Shown in pieces: positions 51,579 to 61,670 of a stretch of DNA of 64,000 nucleotides. The DNA is from SAR86 cluster bacterium SAR86B (lineage in GTDB: Bacteria; Pseudomonadota; Gammaproteobacteria; Magnimaribacterales; D2472): positions 130,418 to 194,417 of the forward strand of contig CAJJAC010000007.1 in NCBI GenBank assembly GCA_905181955.1, in the 5' to 3' direction. The notes under the pieces are model-generated. The model worked only from the letters and a program-made list of their open reading frames with translations, made no database searches and was not told the DNA's origin. The position numbers and the translations under genes were made by a program. Each line of letters begins with the position of its first letter. Position 1 is the stretch's first letter.

Positions 51579-52666
51579 TAAATATTATCGCAGACAAAGA
51601 TATACCAAATTTAGATAATCATTTAAATGAATTGCTAGACTCTAATTTTTTTAGAATTAAATATCTGCATTATCTGGATATTAATATTAATACCATAAAA
51701 GATTGCGAAGTATTATTAGTAAGATCCACAATACAAGTTAACGAATCTTTACTTAAAGAAACAAATATAAAATTTGTTGGGTCTGCTACAGCAGGAATAA
51801 ATCATTTGGATATGAATTATCTTAATAAAAATAATATTCAATGGGATTATGCGCCAGGTTGTAATTCCTCATCTGTTACGCATTATATTCTAGCGGTTTT
51901 TGCAGAACTTATAGATCAAAGCAAATTAAACTATAACTCAAAAATTGGAATCGTTGGCTATGGGAATATAGGAAAAAAAATTGCTAATTATCTCTACTCA
52001 TTAGGCTTCACTGTTTTAATTAACGATCCTTTTTTAAAAGATCCAAGTTTAGTAGATATTAAAGAAATACTTGATTGTGATCTTATAAGCCTTCATGTCC
52101 CTTATATAGAAGATGGAGATCATCCTACTCAAAATCTAATTGATGAAAAAGAATTATTAGAATTAAAAAATAAAATACTTATCAACTCCTCACGAGGCGG
52201 GATAGTAAATGAAAAAGCTTTATTGAAACAAAAAAGCATTACTTATATTAGTGATGTTTGGAACAATGAACCTTTGCCATCTAAGGCTTTAGTCAAACAA
52301 TCCCTCATTTCCACTCCACACATTGCTGGTTACAGTAAACAGGGAAAATTAAATAGCTCCAAACTAGTTGCATATTCTGTTGCAAGATACATAGAAGCTA
52401 GTAAGAATATGAACCCATTTAACTTTAAAGATCCTTCTGATAAAAAAGTACCACATTATGAACCTACAGATTTAGAATCACAGCCTTACCCACTTCATGT
52501 TTTTAAAGATAGCTTTAATATTAAATCTATTTCAACTGAAATGAAGAAATTATTTAATCAAGATATAAAAAACGAATTTTTATCAAAAGCATTTAATCAA
52601 ATGCGCTCCTCTCATCCCAAAAGAGATGATTATGATTCAAAAGAATTTATAGAGAAATATACATAG
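51575..52666 (+). CDS. pdxB: Erythronate-4-phosphate dehydrogenase
   Basis: (TTG)INIIADKDIP aligns with E. coli MKILVDENMP. LLVRSTIQVNESLLKETNIKFVGSATAGINHLD matches E. coli [33 protein letters not shown]. Also GIVGYGNIGKK (NAD-binding). The TTG start overlaps the upstream stop (TTGA). Confidence 0.87.
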   Translation: MINIIADKDIPNLDNHLNELLDSNFFRIKYLHYLDININTIKDCEVLLVRSTIQVNESLLKETNIKFVGSATAGINHLDMNYLNKNNIQWDYAPGCNSSSVTHYILAVFAELIDQSKLNYNSKIGIVGYGNIGKKIANYLYSLGFTVLINDPFLKDPSLVDIKEILDCDLISLHVPYIEDGDHPTQNLIDEKELLELKNKILINSSRGGIVNEKALLKQKSITYISDVWNNEPLPSKALVKQSLISTPHIAGYSKQGKLNSSKLVAYSVARYIEASKNMNPFNFKDPSDKKVPHYEPTDLESQPYPLHVFKDSFNIKSISTEMKKLFNQDIKNEFLSKAFNQMRSSHPKRDDYDSKEFIEKYT

Positions 52667-52822
52667 CTATCAAGCACTTGTTTCTTTAAATAAGAATGAT
52701 TATCATCTAAATTCATACAAATTTAAAATATATATAAATAAATTATATATATCTTGTTTCAAGAAATTAGAAGTGTAAAATTAATCTCCTCATGAGAGCA
52801 ATCTTATTTTTTAACACAAATT

Positions 52823-53209
52823 ATGACTGATAAATTAAAACGAGCTCAAGCAATTATTGAAAGCATTTATTCAACTACGATAGGTAACTCTTCAAATCCA
52901 GCATCAATGAGCTTTTATCAATTAGATACATACAGATTTTTCTTTCTGCTTGCTTTTATGCAAGAGCATTTTGAAGGTAGTGAGATATCTCAAGAATATG
53001 CTATCTCATTAGTTCCCAAGAAATATGCTTCAAGAATTAAAAGACTTCAAGTTCTTAAACAATCTGTGCAACTTGGTTATATTAATGAAGAATCATCATT
53101 AGTTGATAAACGTAGAAGAATTTACACCCCTTCAGATTCTATGACTAATGATTTTTTAGATATGACAGAATCAGTATCTAGACTTTCAGATTCAAAAAAA
53201 GTTTCTTAA
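52823..53209 (+). CDS. Hypothetical protein, possible winged-helix (MarR-like) DNA-binding fold
   Basis: 128-aa ORF after a 156-nt AT-rich spacer. ISQEYAISLVPKKYASRIKRLQVLKQSVQLGYINEESSLVDKRRRIYTPSD loosely resembles the MarR recognition helix plus wing (D-x-R-x5-T). There is no clear SD. Weak support. Confidence 0.4.
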   Translation: MTDKLKRAQAIIESIYSTTIGNSSNPASMSFYQLDTYRFFFLLAFMQEHFEGSEISQEYAISLVPKKYASRIKRLQVLKQSVQLGYINEESSLVDKRRRIYTPSDSMTNDFLDMTESVSRLSDSKKVS

Positions 53210-53210
53210 T

Positions 53211-54644
53211 TTAAGAAGAGCAAGATAAACCTATATCTGCCGCCCAATCTGGGGATTCCTCAGCATATTTCTCATATTTTAAGTTTTCGTTAAATGGTTT
53301 TGTTATTAATTCCATTAAGTTATCTATTTCTGTATATGAACCCTCTTCAGCTTTATCTATAGCATTTTGAACTAAATAATTTCTTAGAATAAACTTAGGA
53401 TTAGTTTGATTCATTTGCTTGACTCGTGAATCCTCATCATCACTTTCATGCTGATGCCTTTGCTGAAATTTTTCAGACCAACTCTTTAAACTTTTATCAG
53501 TCTTTACTAAATGATTATTTTTTATAATATTGCTTAAGCTTCTAAATGTTCTTGTAAAATCTAATTTTTCTACTTCCATTATATTTAGAAGTTCTTGAAT
53601 TAAAAGCTCATCTCCATTGTCTTTTTTCTTAAGCCCTAATTTTGCTTTATATAGATTAAATAATGTTTTGCCATAGACGTCTTCATATAAAGACATAATT
53701 CTACCTATCTCCTCTTTGTCAATTAAATGACCAAATGTATGGGCTAAAGCAGAACAATTCCACTTACCAATATAGGGCTGATTTTGATACGAATATCTAC
53801 CAGAAGAATCAGAAAGGTTGCAAACATGCGCAGGGTTGAACTTGTCAATAAAGCCATAAGGTCCATAATCTATTGTCTCTCCAAGAATTGACATATTATC
53901 GGTATTCATTACTCCATGACAAAATCCAACTGATTGCCAGTTAGCAATCAAGGAAGCTGTTTTAGTTACTATACTTTCAAGCAGATATGAGTACTTATTT
54001 TTATATTTATTAGCCTTTGGAAGATATTTATAAATAACATAATCACTTAACTCTTTATGTCTATCGAGCAACCCATCATGAAAGAATTTTTCAAAACTGC
54101 CGAATCTTATATGTGTTTTTGCTGTTCTAGCAATCATTGCTGCAGGTTCAGATTTTTCTCTATACACCATGTCATGGCTTCCAAATATCATTAAAGACCT
54201 TGAAGATGATATTCCTAAGCCATTCATAGCTTCACCACATAAATATTCCCTTAATGATGACCTTAATACAGCTCTCCCATCTCCAAATCTTGAATAAGTC
54301 GTTTTTCCAGAGCCTTTAATATGAATATCAAAGAATTCATCTTTTATTTTTAATTCTCCAAGCAAAATACCTCTGCCATCTCCTAATTGCTGCACATATT
54401 GACCAAACTGATGTCCCGCATAATTCATTGAGATTCCTTGAATACCAGGTATCTGAACATTACCATTAAAAATATTCATTAATACTTCATGACTTTCTTT
54501 AGATAGACCTAATTCACTTAATAAACTTTTATTTACATGAATAAGATAAGGGTCATTTAATGGTTGTTGAAGTTGTTCAGAGTAAAACTCATTACTTAAA
54601 CTTGAATAAGAGTGTTGTTTTAAATTGTTTTTTATAATTTCCAT
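53211..54644 (-). CDS. selO: Protein adenylyltransferase SelO (YdiU)
   Basis: YAGHQFGQYVQQLGDGRGILLGE, FDIHIKGSGKTTYSRFGDGRAVLRSSLREYL and GFCHGVMNTDNMSILGETIDYGP. The C-terminus is ...LSCSS, as in bacterial SelO. 477 aa. Confidence 0.9.
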   Translation of the reverse strand: MEIIKNNLKQHSYSSLSNEFYSEQLQQPLNDPYLIHVNKSLLSELGLSKESHEVLMNIFNGNVQIPGIQGISMNYAGHQFGQYVQQLGDGRGILLGELKIKDEFFDIHIKGSGKTTYSRFGDGRAVLRSSLREYLCGEAMNGLGISSSRSLMIFGSHDMVYREKSEPAAMIARTAKTHIRFGSFEKFFHDGLLDRHKELSDYVIYKYLPKANKYKNKYSYLLESIVTKTASLIANWQSVGFCHGVMNTDNMSILGETIDYGPYGFIDKFNPAHVCNLSDSSGRYSYQNQPYIGKWNCSALAHTFGHLIDKEEIGRIMSLYEDVYGKTLFNLYKAKLGLKKKDNGDELLIQELLNIMEVEKLDFTRTFRSLSNIIKNNHLVKTDKSLKSWSEKFQQRHQHESDDEDSRVKQMNQTNPKFILRNYLVQNAIDKAEEGSYTEIDNLMELITKPFNENLKYEKYAEESPDWAADIGLSCSS

Positions 54645-54731
54645 TTAAAAGATTACAGAAGATTTATATTTGATATGTATAATTTACATTAGTTCTAAAT
54701 AAAATAATTAGAAAAAGGATAATAAAAATAA

Positions 54732-55442
54732 ATGTTAGGTTTTAGCCAAGAATTTTTATGGTTTGTAGTAGTTTTTTATGACTTACTTTTGGCTGTTTTT
54801 TTATTTCGTTACTTTGGAAAGTATGGTCTTTATTGTGCAGTCATTCTGGGAATTATCCTAGCAAACCTGCAGGGCGGTAAGATAACTGAATTAACTATGT
54901 TTGGTTATACATTTAATGCGAGCATGGGTGCTATTTTGTATTCAGGAATATACTTCTCTACTGATCTATTAAATGAAAGGTATGGAAAAGAAGAGGCTAA
55001 TCGGGCAGTAATGCTCGGATTTATAGCAAATATTGCAGTTTTAGTTACATTGTTCATAAGTTTACAATTCTTACCCTCAAATTTAACAGGATCTGCATTA
55101 GAAGTTCATAATGCTATAAACATTTTAGCTAATTATTCCCCATATTTTATTATTGGCTCTTTAACAGCCTACATAATTAGTCAAAAATTTGATGTATGGC
55201 TATTTCATTATCTTAAAGAGAAAACAAAGGGTAAAAAGCTATGGCTTAGAAATAATGTATCAACTATGTTATCTCAACTACTAGATACGCTTATCTACCA
55301 AGCAACATGGATTATAGCTACAGATGTAACTTTTATGCAGGCCTTTCTTTTAGCTTCAACAAAGTATGTTTTAAAAGTTTGTATAGCATTAATTGATACT
55401 ATATTTATCTATTGGGTTAGGGATTGGCAGGTTAATGAGTAA
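54732..55442 (+). CDS. yhhQ: VUT/DUF165 family membrane protein (YhhQ-like queuosine-precursor transporter)
   Basis: 236-aa polytopic ORF. IYFSTDLLNERYGKEEANRAVMLGFIANI resembles the DUF165 signature around the conserved D-x3-E-x-YG. Confidence 0.75.
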   Translation: MLGFSQEFLWFVVVFYDLLLAVFLFRYFGKYGLYCAVILGIILANLQGGKITELTMFGYTFNASMGAILYSGIYFSTDLLNERYGKEEANRAVMLGFIANIAVLVTLFISLQFLPSNLTGSALEVHNAINILANYSPYFIIGSLTAYIISQKFDVWLFHYLKEKTKGKKLWLRNNVSTMLSQLLDTLIYQATWIIATDVTFMQAFLLASTKYVLKVCIALIDTIFIYWVRDWQVNE

Positions 55443-55519
55443 TCTGAAGATCGTAAAAATTGGATATTACCTTTACAATTAAGTATTAAATTTGACCAAA
55501 AATATTGTAAATACAGCAA

Positions 55520-55921
55520 ATGACAAAGATAAATAAAACAAACGATGAGTGGAAGTTAGAACTTTCCGATGAATCATTCCAGGTCGCCAGGTTGGGAGGT
55601 ACAGAGAGGCCTTTTACTGGAAAATATTGGGATTTTGAGCAAGAGGGCTCTTATACATGCATATGTTGTGAGACTCCTTTATTTAAATCAGATTCTAAAT
55701 TTGATGCAGGATGTGGTTGGCCAAGTTTTTTTCAACCTCTCAACGAGAAGGCTATTGATGAATTGCCTGATTATTCTCTACTAGCTCCAAGAACTGAGGT
55801 TAGATGTTCTAACTGCGATGCTCACTTAGGGCATGTTTTTAAGGATGGTCCAAATCCAACTGGACTCAGATATTGCATAAATTCAGTATCTTTAGAGTTT
55901 ACAAATAAAAATAATACGTAG
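55520..55921 (+). CDS. msrB: Peptide-methionine (R)-S-oxide reductase MsrB
   Basis: Zinc CxxC pairs ([21 protein letters not shown]) and catalytic RYCINS. 133 aa. Confidence 0.93.
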   Translation: MTKINKTNDEWKLELSDESFQVARLGGTERPFTGKYWDFEQEGSYTCICCETPLFKSDSKFDAGCGWPSFFQPLNEKAIDELPDYSLLAPRTEVRCSNCDAHLGHVFKDGPNPTGLRYCINSVSLEFTNKNNT

Positions 55922-55953
55922 TGCAGCAAAATAAGCCATTTATAAATACTGAT

Positions 55954-57477
55954 ATGTTCAAGTCATATTTTAAAGTAGGTTCATGGACTGGACTATCTAG
56001 AGTTTTTGGTCTTTTAAGAGATATAACTACAACAAGCTTACTTGGTTCATCGATGCTTCATGATATTTTTGTAGTAGTATTAAAGATTCCTAATGTTTTC
56101 AGAAGATTCTTTGCTGAAGGTGCATTCAGCCAAGCTTTTATTCCTATATATAACGAGTATCAAGAGCATAAATCAACAGAAGAAATTAAAGAGTTTATTA
56201 ATAATTTAGCTGGAACACTTTTAATAATTCTTTTTATATTTACTTTAATTGCATTATTTTTTGCTCCAATATTTATTTTTATTTTTGCTCCTGGGTTTTA
56301 TTTTGATCCAGTAAAAAAAGATTTAGCAGTCAATGTATTAAGAATAATGTTTCCTTATTTAGGTTTAATTTCTCTTGTTGCCTTTGCGGGAGGTATTCAG
56401 AATTCACATCAAAGATTTTCATTGCCAGCAGCCACACCAATTATTTTTAATCTTTGTATAATTTTTTCAGCATTTTTCTTAGCTCCTTTATTTTCAATTC
56501 CAATTGTAGGACTTGCATGGGGTGTTCTGCTTGCTGGGATTATTCAACTACTAATTCAACTAGCGCCTTTATCTCAAATTGATAGATTACCTATTCCCAA
56601 AATAGGAATTAGTAACGAAGGAGTAAAAAAAGTTTTTATATTAATGTTTCCTGCAATTATCGCTGGGGGTGTCGCTCAAATTAATCTTTTGATTGATACA
56701 ATTTTTGCATCTCTTCTTGTTACTGGAAGCCCTACTTGGTTATATGTCTCAGATAGGTTAATTCAATTTCCGCTTGGAATTTTTGCAATTGCCATTGGTA
56801 CTGTTCTTTTACCAACTCTCTCCAGAGCAAATCAAAGAGGAGATCTGGTTTTATACAAGGAGCAATTAAGGAAATCTCAACGACTGGTGATATTTTTAGC
56901 AATACCATCTCTTATAGGTCTAGCTATATGCTCAGAACATCTAATTAGCACTCTCTTTCAAAGAGGAGAGTTTCTATATTCGGATGTTGTACAAGCCTCC
57001 AAGAGTTTAGTTGCCTTTTCTTTTGGACTTCCATTTTTTATGTTGATGAAGGTTCTTGTTCCTGCATTTTTTTCAAGGAAAGATACTAAAACCCCTATGT
57101 ATGCAGCAATAACTGCTTTAACTTTAAACATTGCTTTAAATTATTATTTTGCAATCATTTTAGGATATGGTCATACCGGTTTAGCGCTTGCTAGTTCAAT
57201 AGCTGCTTTGCTGAGCTCTGGTATTTTATTTACAATCTTAGTAAAGGATAAATATATTCAATTAAGTAATCCATTCAATAAATTTAATTTAGCTTTAATG
57301 GTAGGCTCATTTTCAATCATTATATTTTTGTTATATGGACCTTTTAATATCGAGTTCGATTCATTAAGTTTTTTTGAACGATTATTAAATCTAACTTTAG
57401 AAGTAGGAATTTCTATTATTTTATATTTAGTTATTACAAGAGCTATTCTAGGCAGTAAATTAAGAGAGCTATTTTAA
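55954..57477 (+). CDS. murJ: Lipid II flippase MurJ
   Basis: [24 protein letters not shown]...[31 protein letters not shown] matches the E. coli MurJ N-terminal region ([27 protein letters not shown]). The start is either ATG 55954 or GTG 55921 (TAGTG overlap with msrB); neither has an SD. Confidence 0.9.
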   Translation: [507 protein letters not shown]

Positions 57478-57482
57478 AATTT

Positions 57483-58430
57483 ATGTATTTAATTAGAGGC
57501 CAAAATAATATCTCTTTATTTAAGAAGAGACATCCTGATACTTTAATGTCAGCAACCATTGGGAATTTTGATGGGCTGCATCTCGGGCATCAAGCAATTT
57601 TAGATAATTTAAAAAAAGAAGCTAATGAGTTAGGCACATCAACATTAGTTTTCTTCACTGAACCGCATGCAGCAGAATATTTTTCTGCAAAAGGATTAAC
57701 AGACATTAAATCACCTCCAAGACTATGTCCATGGAGAGAGAAATTTAGATTACTAAATAATTATGGTATTGATTATGCTTGCTTCTTAAAATTTAATTCT
57801 TCTCTTAAATCAATGACGCCTGAAGCATTTATAAAAGATATTTTAGAAGAAATGAATATAAAATCTTTAATAGTTGGTGATGATTTTAGATTTGGCGCTC
57901 AAAGAGTTGGTGATTTCAACTTACTTAAAGAATGGGGCCATAAAACAAATGTAATTGTTTCAAATACTGAGACCGTATTATACGAAGAGGAAAGAGTTAG
58001 TAGTACCAGGATAAGAAAAGCTCTTTTGGAAAGTAATTTTAAACTAGCTAATATTTTATTAGGTAGACCTTATATTTATTCTGGAAAAGTAGTTTATGGT
58101 AATCAGCTCGGAAGAACAATTAATATCCCGACTGCAAATCTATGGATACCTAAGCAAAAACTATCTATTTCAGGCGTTTATGCTGTTAACTGTGTTTTTC
58201 AAGGTAAAAAATATAAAGGCATATCAAATATGGGAGTGAGGCCAACTGTTGGAGGTGAACAGCCTGTTTTAGAGGTTCATTTATTTAATTTTTCTCAAGA
58301 AATCTACGGCCAAAGATTAGATGTTGAATTTAAATTTAAGATTAGAGATGAAAAAAAATTTGAAAGTTTAGATTTTTTAAAAGAACAGATACAAAAAGAC
58401 ATATCTTTGGCTAAAAAACTTTTACAATAG
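57483..58430 (+). CDS. ribF: Bifunctional riboflavin kinase / FMN adenylyltransferase
   Basis: SATIGNFDGLHLGHQAIL, VGDDFRFG and riboflavin kinase PTANL...GVYAV...GVRPT...EVHLF. Confidence 0.93.
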   Translation: MYLIRGQNNISLFKKRHPDTLMSATIGNFDGLHLGHQAILDNLKKEANELGTSTLVFFTEPHAAEYFSAKGLTDIKSPPRLCPWREKFRLLNNYGIDYACFLKFNSSLKSMTPEAFIKDILEEMNIKSLIVGDDFRFGAQRVGDFNLLKEWGHKTNVIVSNTETVLYEEERVSSTRIRKALLESNFKLANILLGRPYIYSGKVVYGNQLGRTINIPTANLWIPKQKLSISGVYAVNCVFQGKKYKGISNMGVRPTVGGEQPVLEVHLFNFSQEIYGQRLDVEFKFKIRDEKKFESLDFLKEQIQKDISLAKKLLQ

Positions 58431-58438
58431 CAATAATT

Positions 58439-61213
58439 ATGACTATTAATTATAGAGATACTTTAAATCTCCCAGAAACAGAATTATCTATGAAAGCTGG
58501 TTTGGCTAAAAAAGAACCAGAGATTTTAGATTTCTGGAATTCTATTGATCTTTATAATCAAATTAGAAAAAACTTATCTGGAAAGGAGCAGTTCATTCTT
58601 CATGATGGACCTCCATATGCAAATGGTGATATTCATATTGGTCATTCGGTTAACAAGATCCTAAAAGATATAACTATTAAGATTCAAACCATGCTTGGTA
58701 AGGATGCTCCATTTATACCTGGATGGGATTGCCATGGATTGCCCATTGAGCTTAATGTTGAAAAAAAACATGGCAAAAATAGTGATCTTGTTAAAAATAA
58801 ACAAGAATTTATTGCTGCTTGTAAGGAATATGCTTTAACTCAAGTTGAAAAACAAAGAGATGACTTTATTAGACTCGGTGTTCTAGCTGACTGGTCTAAT
58901 CCTTATAAAAGCTCTGACGCATCTTTTGAAGCAGATACCCTTAGAGCATTAGCTATAATTATAAAAAATAATCACTTGCAGAGAGGTGAAAAACCAGTTC
59001 ACTGGTGCCAAGATTGCGGTTCAGCTCTAGCTGAAGCTGAAGTTGAGTATCAAGATAAAGTATCTAAATCTATTGATGTTTTATTTGAAGTCTCAAAGAG
59101 CTCACTTGAAAAAATAAGTTCTATATTTAACTTAGATCTAAATAAGAGATGCTCTTTTGTAATATGGACAACAACTCCTTGGACCCTGCCTTCAAATGTT
59201 GCTGTTTGTATAAATCCAAAATTAGATTACTCAATTGTTGAACGAGATAATGAATATTTAATTATTGCTACTGATTTAATTGAATCATGTTCAGTCAGAT
59301 GGGGAATTGATTTAAAAGACTTATCTAATGTTAAGGGTAATTTATTCGAAGACATTGCTTTAGAACATCCTTTTATTAATAGAAAATCAGTATTATTACA
59401 GGGAGCTCATGTTACTACTGATGCTGGAACAGGTTGTGTGCATACGGCTCCTGCTCATGGCTTGGATGATTATTTTATATGCAAAGATAATAATCTTGAG
59501 CCTATTAAAGCACTTAATAATAAAGGTTTCTTTAAAGATGAGTATGAAAATATTGCTGGTTTCCCAGCGTTTAAGGCTGACCCTTTTATCATAGAAACTT
59601 TAACATCAAGCAATGCCTTAATTCATGTAGAGAATTATGAACATTCTTATCCGCATTGCTGGAGACATAAATCACCTTTAATTTTTACTTCAACCCCTCA
59701 ATGGTTTATTTCAATGGATAAAGCTGGTTTATTAAATGATGCAAAAGCATCTATAGATGCTATAAATTGGGAACCGTCATGGGGACTACAAAGAATACAG
59801 TCAATGTTAGAAGGGAGGCCGGATTGGTGTATCTCTAGACAGAGAAATTGGGGAGTTCCAATTACGCTAGTAGTTCATAAAGATACAGGAGAAATTCACC
59901 CTAACCAACAAGAGCTCTTTGCAATCTTTGCTGACTTGATAGAAGAATCTGGAGTTGCGATATGGGATTCTGTTCAATTATCTGATCATATAGATGATGC
60001 AGATAGCTATACAAAAATAACAGATACCCTTGATGTATGGTTTGACTCTGGAGCCACTCATTTTTCAGTTTTAGAAAAAAGATTTAAAAAAGGCTTGATT
60101 GCTGATTTATATCTTGAAGGCTCTGATCAGCATCGAGGCTGGTTCCAGTCATCACTTTTAACCAGCATAGCTATTAACGGAAGACCTCCTTACAAAGAGG
60201 TACTAACTCACGGCTTTGTTGTTGATGATAAAGGACGCAAGCAATCAAAATCTCTAGGAAATGTTGTATCACCTCAAAAAGTATGGAATTCTTTGGGTGC
60301 AGATATTTTAAGATTATGGGTTGCTGCAACTGACTTTAGAAGTGAAATGAATGCTTCTGATGAAATATTAAAGAGAGTTTCAGATCAATACAGAAGAATA
60401 AGAAATACTTTTAGATTTTTATTAGGAAACCTTAATGATTTTGATTTTGAGAAAAATGCAGTTGATGTAGATGATTTAATAGAATTAGATAAATGGGTGC
60501 TTAATTCAACTATCCAACTTCAAAAGGAAGTTCAAGAGCATTATAAAAATTATCAGTACCATAATGCAGTGCAAAAAATTCATAATTTTTGTGTAAATGA
60601 ATTGGGAGGAATTTTCTTAGATATAGTAAAAGATAGGCTTTATACAACATCTAGCGATTCTCACGCCAGAAGATCATGCCAAACAAGCATGTATTACATG
60701 GTTAATATTTTAGTTAGATTAGTAAGTCCAATTCTGTCTTTTACAGCTGAAGAGATATGGCAAACTTACGAACCTCTAAAAACACAAGAAAAATCAGTAT
60801 TCCTATCTAAATTTTTTAATGAAATAAATCCCGTGGATCAAAATATTAATAATAAAGACTGGGATAAAGTCTTTGAAATTAAAGATTTAGTAAATCAATC
60901 CATTGAATCTGCTAGAAATAATGGGCTTGTTAAAGGCTCCTTAGATACTAATGTTGAAATCATATGCCCAGAAGATTTATATAAGATTCTAGAAAGTTTT
61001 GGCGAAGAACTTCATTTTGTATTTATATCCTCTAGTTGCCAAGTAGAAAAAGGACAATCTTTATCAATTAAAGTCTCCTCATCAGATAATGAAAAATGCT
61101 CAAGATGCTGGCATAAGTCATCATCCGTTTCTCAAAGTGTAAAACATCCAGAACTCTGCTCGCGATGTGAAGAAAATATTGAAGAATCAGGCGAGGTTAG
61201 AAGATTTGTCTAG
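58439..61213 (+). CDS. ileS: Isoleucyl-tRNA synthetase
   Basis: HDGPPYANGDIHIGH (HIGH), KQSKSLGN (KMSKS variant) and a C-terminal zinc finger CSRCW...CSRCE. 924 aa. Confidence 0.97.
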   Translation: MTINYRDTLNLPETELSMKAGLAKKEPEILDFWNSIDLYNQIRKNLSGKEQFILHDGPPYANGDIHIGHSVNKILKDITIKIQTMLGKDAPFIPGWDCHGLPIELNVEKKHGKNSDLVKNKQEFIAACKEYALTQVEKQRDDFIRLGVLADWSNPYKSSDASFEADTLRALAIIIKNNHLQRGEKPVHWCQDCGSALAEAEVEYQDKVSKSIDVLFEVSKSSLEKISSIFNLDLNKRCSFVIWTTTPWTLPSNVAVCINPKLDYSIVERDNEYLIIATDLIESCSVRWGIDLKDLSNVKGNLFEDIALEHPFINRKSVLLQGAHVTTDAGTGCVHTAPAHGLDDYFICKDNNLEPIKALNNKGFFKDEYENIAGFPAFKADPFIIETLTSSNALIHVENYEHSYPHCWRHKSPLIFTSTPQWFISMDKAGLLNDAKASIDAINWEPSWGLQRIQSMLEGRPDWCISRQRNWGVPITLVVHKDTGEIHPNQQELFAIFADLIEESGVAIWDSVQLSDHIDDADSYTKITDTLDVWFDSGATHFSVLEKRFKKGLIADLYLEGSDQHRGWFQSSLLTSIAINGRPPYKEVLTHGFVVDDKGRKQSKSLGNVVSPQKVWNSLGADILRLWVAATDFRSEMNASDEILKRVSDQYRRIRNTFRFLLGNLNDFDFEKNAVDVDDLIELDKWVLNSTIQLQKEVQEHYKNYQYHNAVQKIHNFCVNELGGIFLDIVKDRLYTTSSDSHARRSCQTSMYYMVNILVRLVSPILSFTAEEIWQTYEPLKTQEKSVFLSKFFNEINPVDQNINNKDWDKVFEIKDLVNQSIESARNNGLVKGSLDTNVEIICPEDLYKILESFGEELHFVFISSSCQVEKGQSLSIKVSSSDNEKCSRCWHKSSSVSQSVKHPELCSRCEENIEESGEVRRFV

Positions 61214-61670
61214 AGCATCAATTTGTATTTACCTAAGTTTCCTACTTTTAATAGACATCGCTTTTAAACATATTGCATTAGGGAACCTTACGCCTTATGA
61301 AAATATATATTTTCTACCATTCCTTAACTTTTATCTAACATTCAATACTGGCATTGCTTTTAGTATGTTTGATTTTGGTGCTGGTTTATCTAGCTATTTA
61401 TTGCTTGCTGTAGGGCTTTTAATTGTAATATTTTTAGTAAAGCAGCTTTTAATAGAAACTAAAAAACTAAGCCAAATTGCATTTGTATTAATAATTGGAG
61501 GTGCGTTAGGTAATATTGTGGATAGAGCAGGCGATGGAGCAGTTACTGATTTCTTACATTTTTATATTAATAATTTTTCATTTTTCATTTTTAATCCTGC
61601 AGATGCTTTTATAACTATTGGAGCTTTATTATTAATTGGTTCCGAATTTAGGAAGACCTCTAATGGATAA
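61206..61670 (+). CDS. lspA: Lipoprotein signal peptidase II
   Basis: LNFYLTFNTGIAFSMF, IIGGALGNIVDR, VTDFLHF and FNPADAFITIGA motifs. I prefer the TTG at 61206 (GAGG SD 8 nt upstream, 8-nt overlap with ileS). GTG at 61167 is an alternative start. Confidence 0.86.
   Translation: MSRASICIYLSFLLLIDIAFKHIALGNLTPYENIYFLPFLNFYLTFNTGIAFSMFDFGAGLSSYLLLAVGLLIVIFLVKQLLIETKKLSQIAFVLIIGGALGNIVDRAGDGAVTDFLHFYINNFSFFIFNPADAFITIGALLLIGSEFRKTSNG

Noticed and set aside
52696-52706. A Fur-box-like palindrome ATGATTATCAT downstream of pdxB.
   Set aside because: By my count only about 12 of 19 positions match the GATAATGATAATCATTATC consensus. In AT-rich DNA such a match is expected by chance. It is kept only as a note in the orphan-ORF finding.
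54645-54731. A possible preQ1 riboswitch upstream of the YhhQ-like queuosine-precursor transporter.
   Set aside because: The 87-nt spacer is almost pure A/T. I could not find the P1 stem, the conserved C-rich loop or the ACUA-type tail of preQ1-I/II/III. Only a trivial CTAA/TTAG 4-bp pairing is present.
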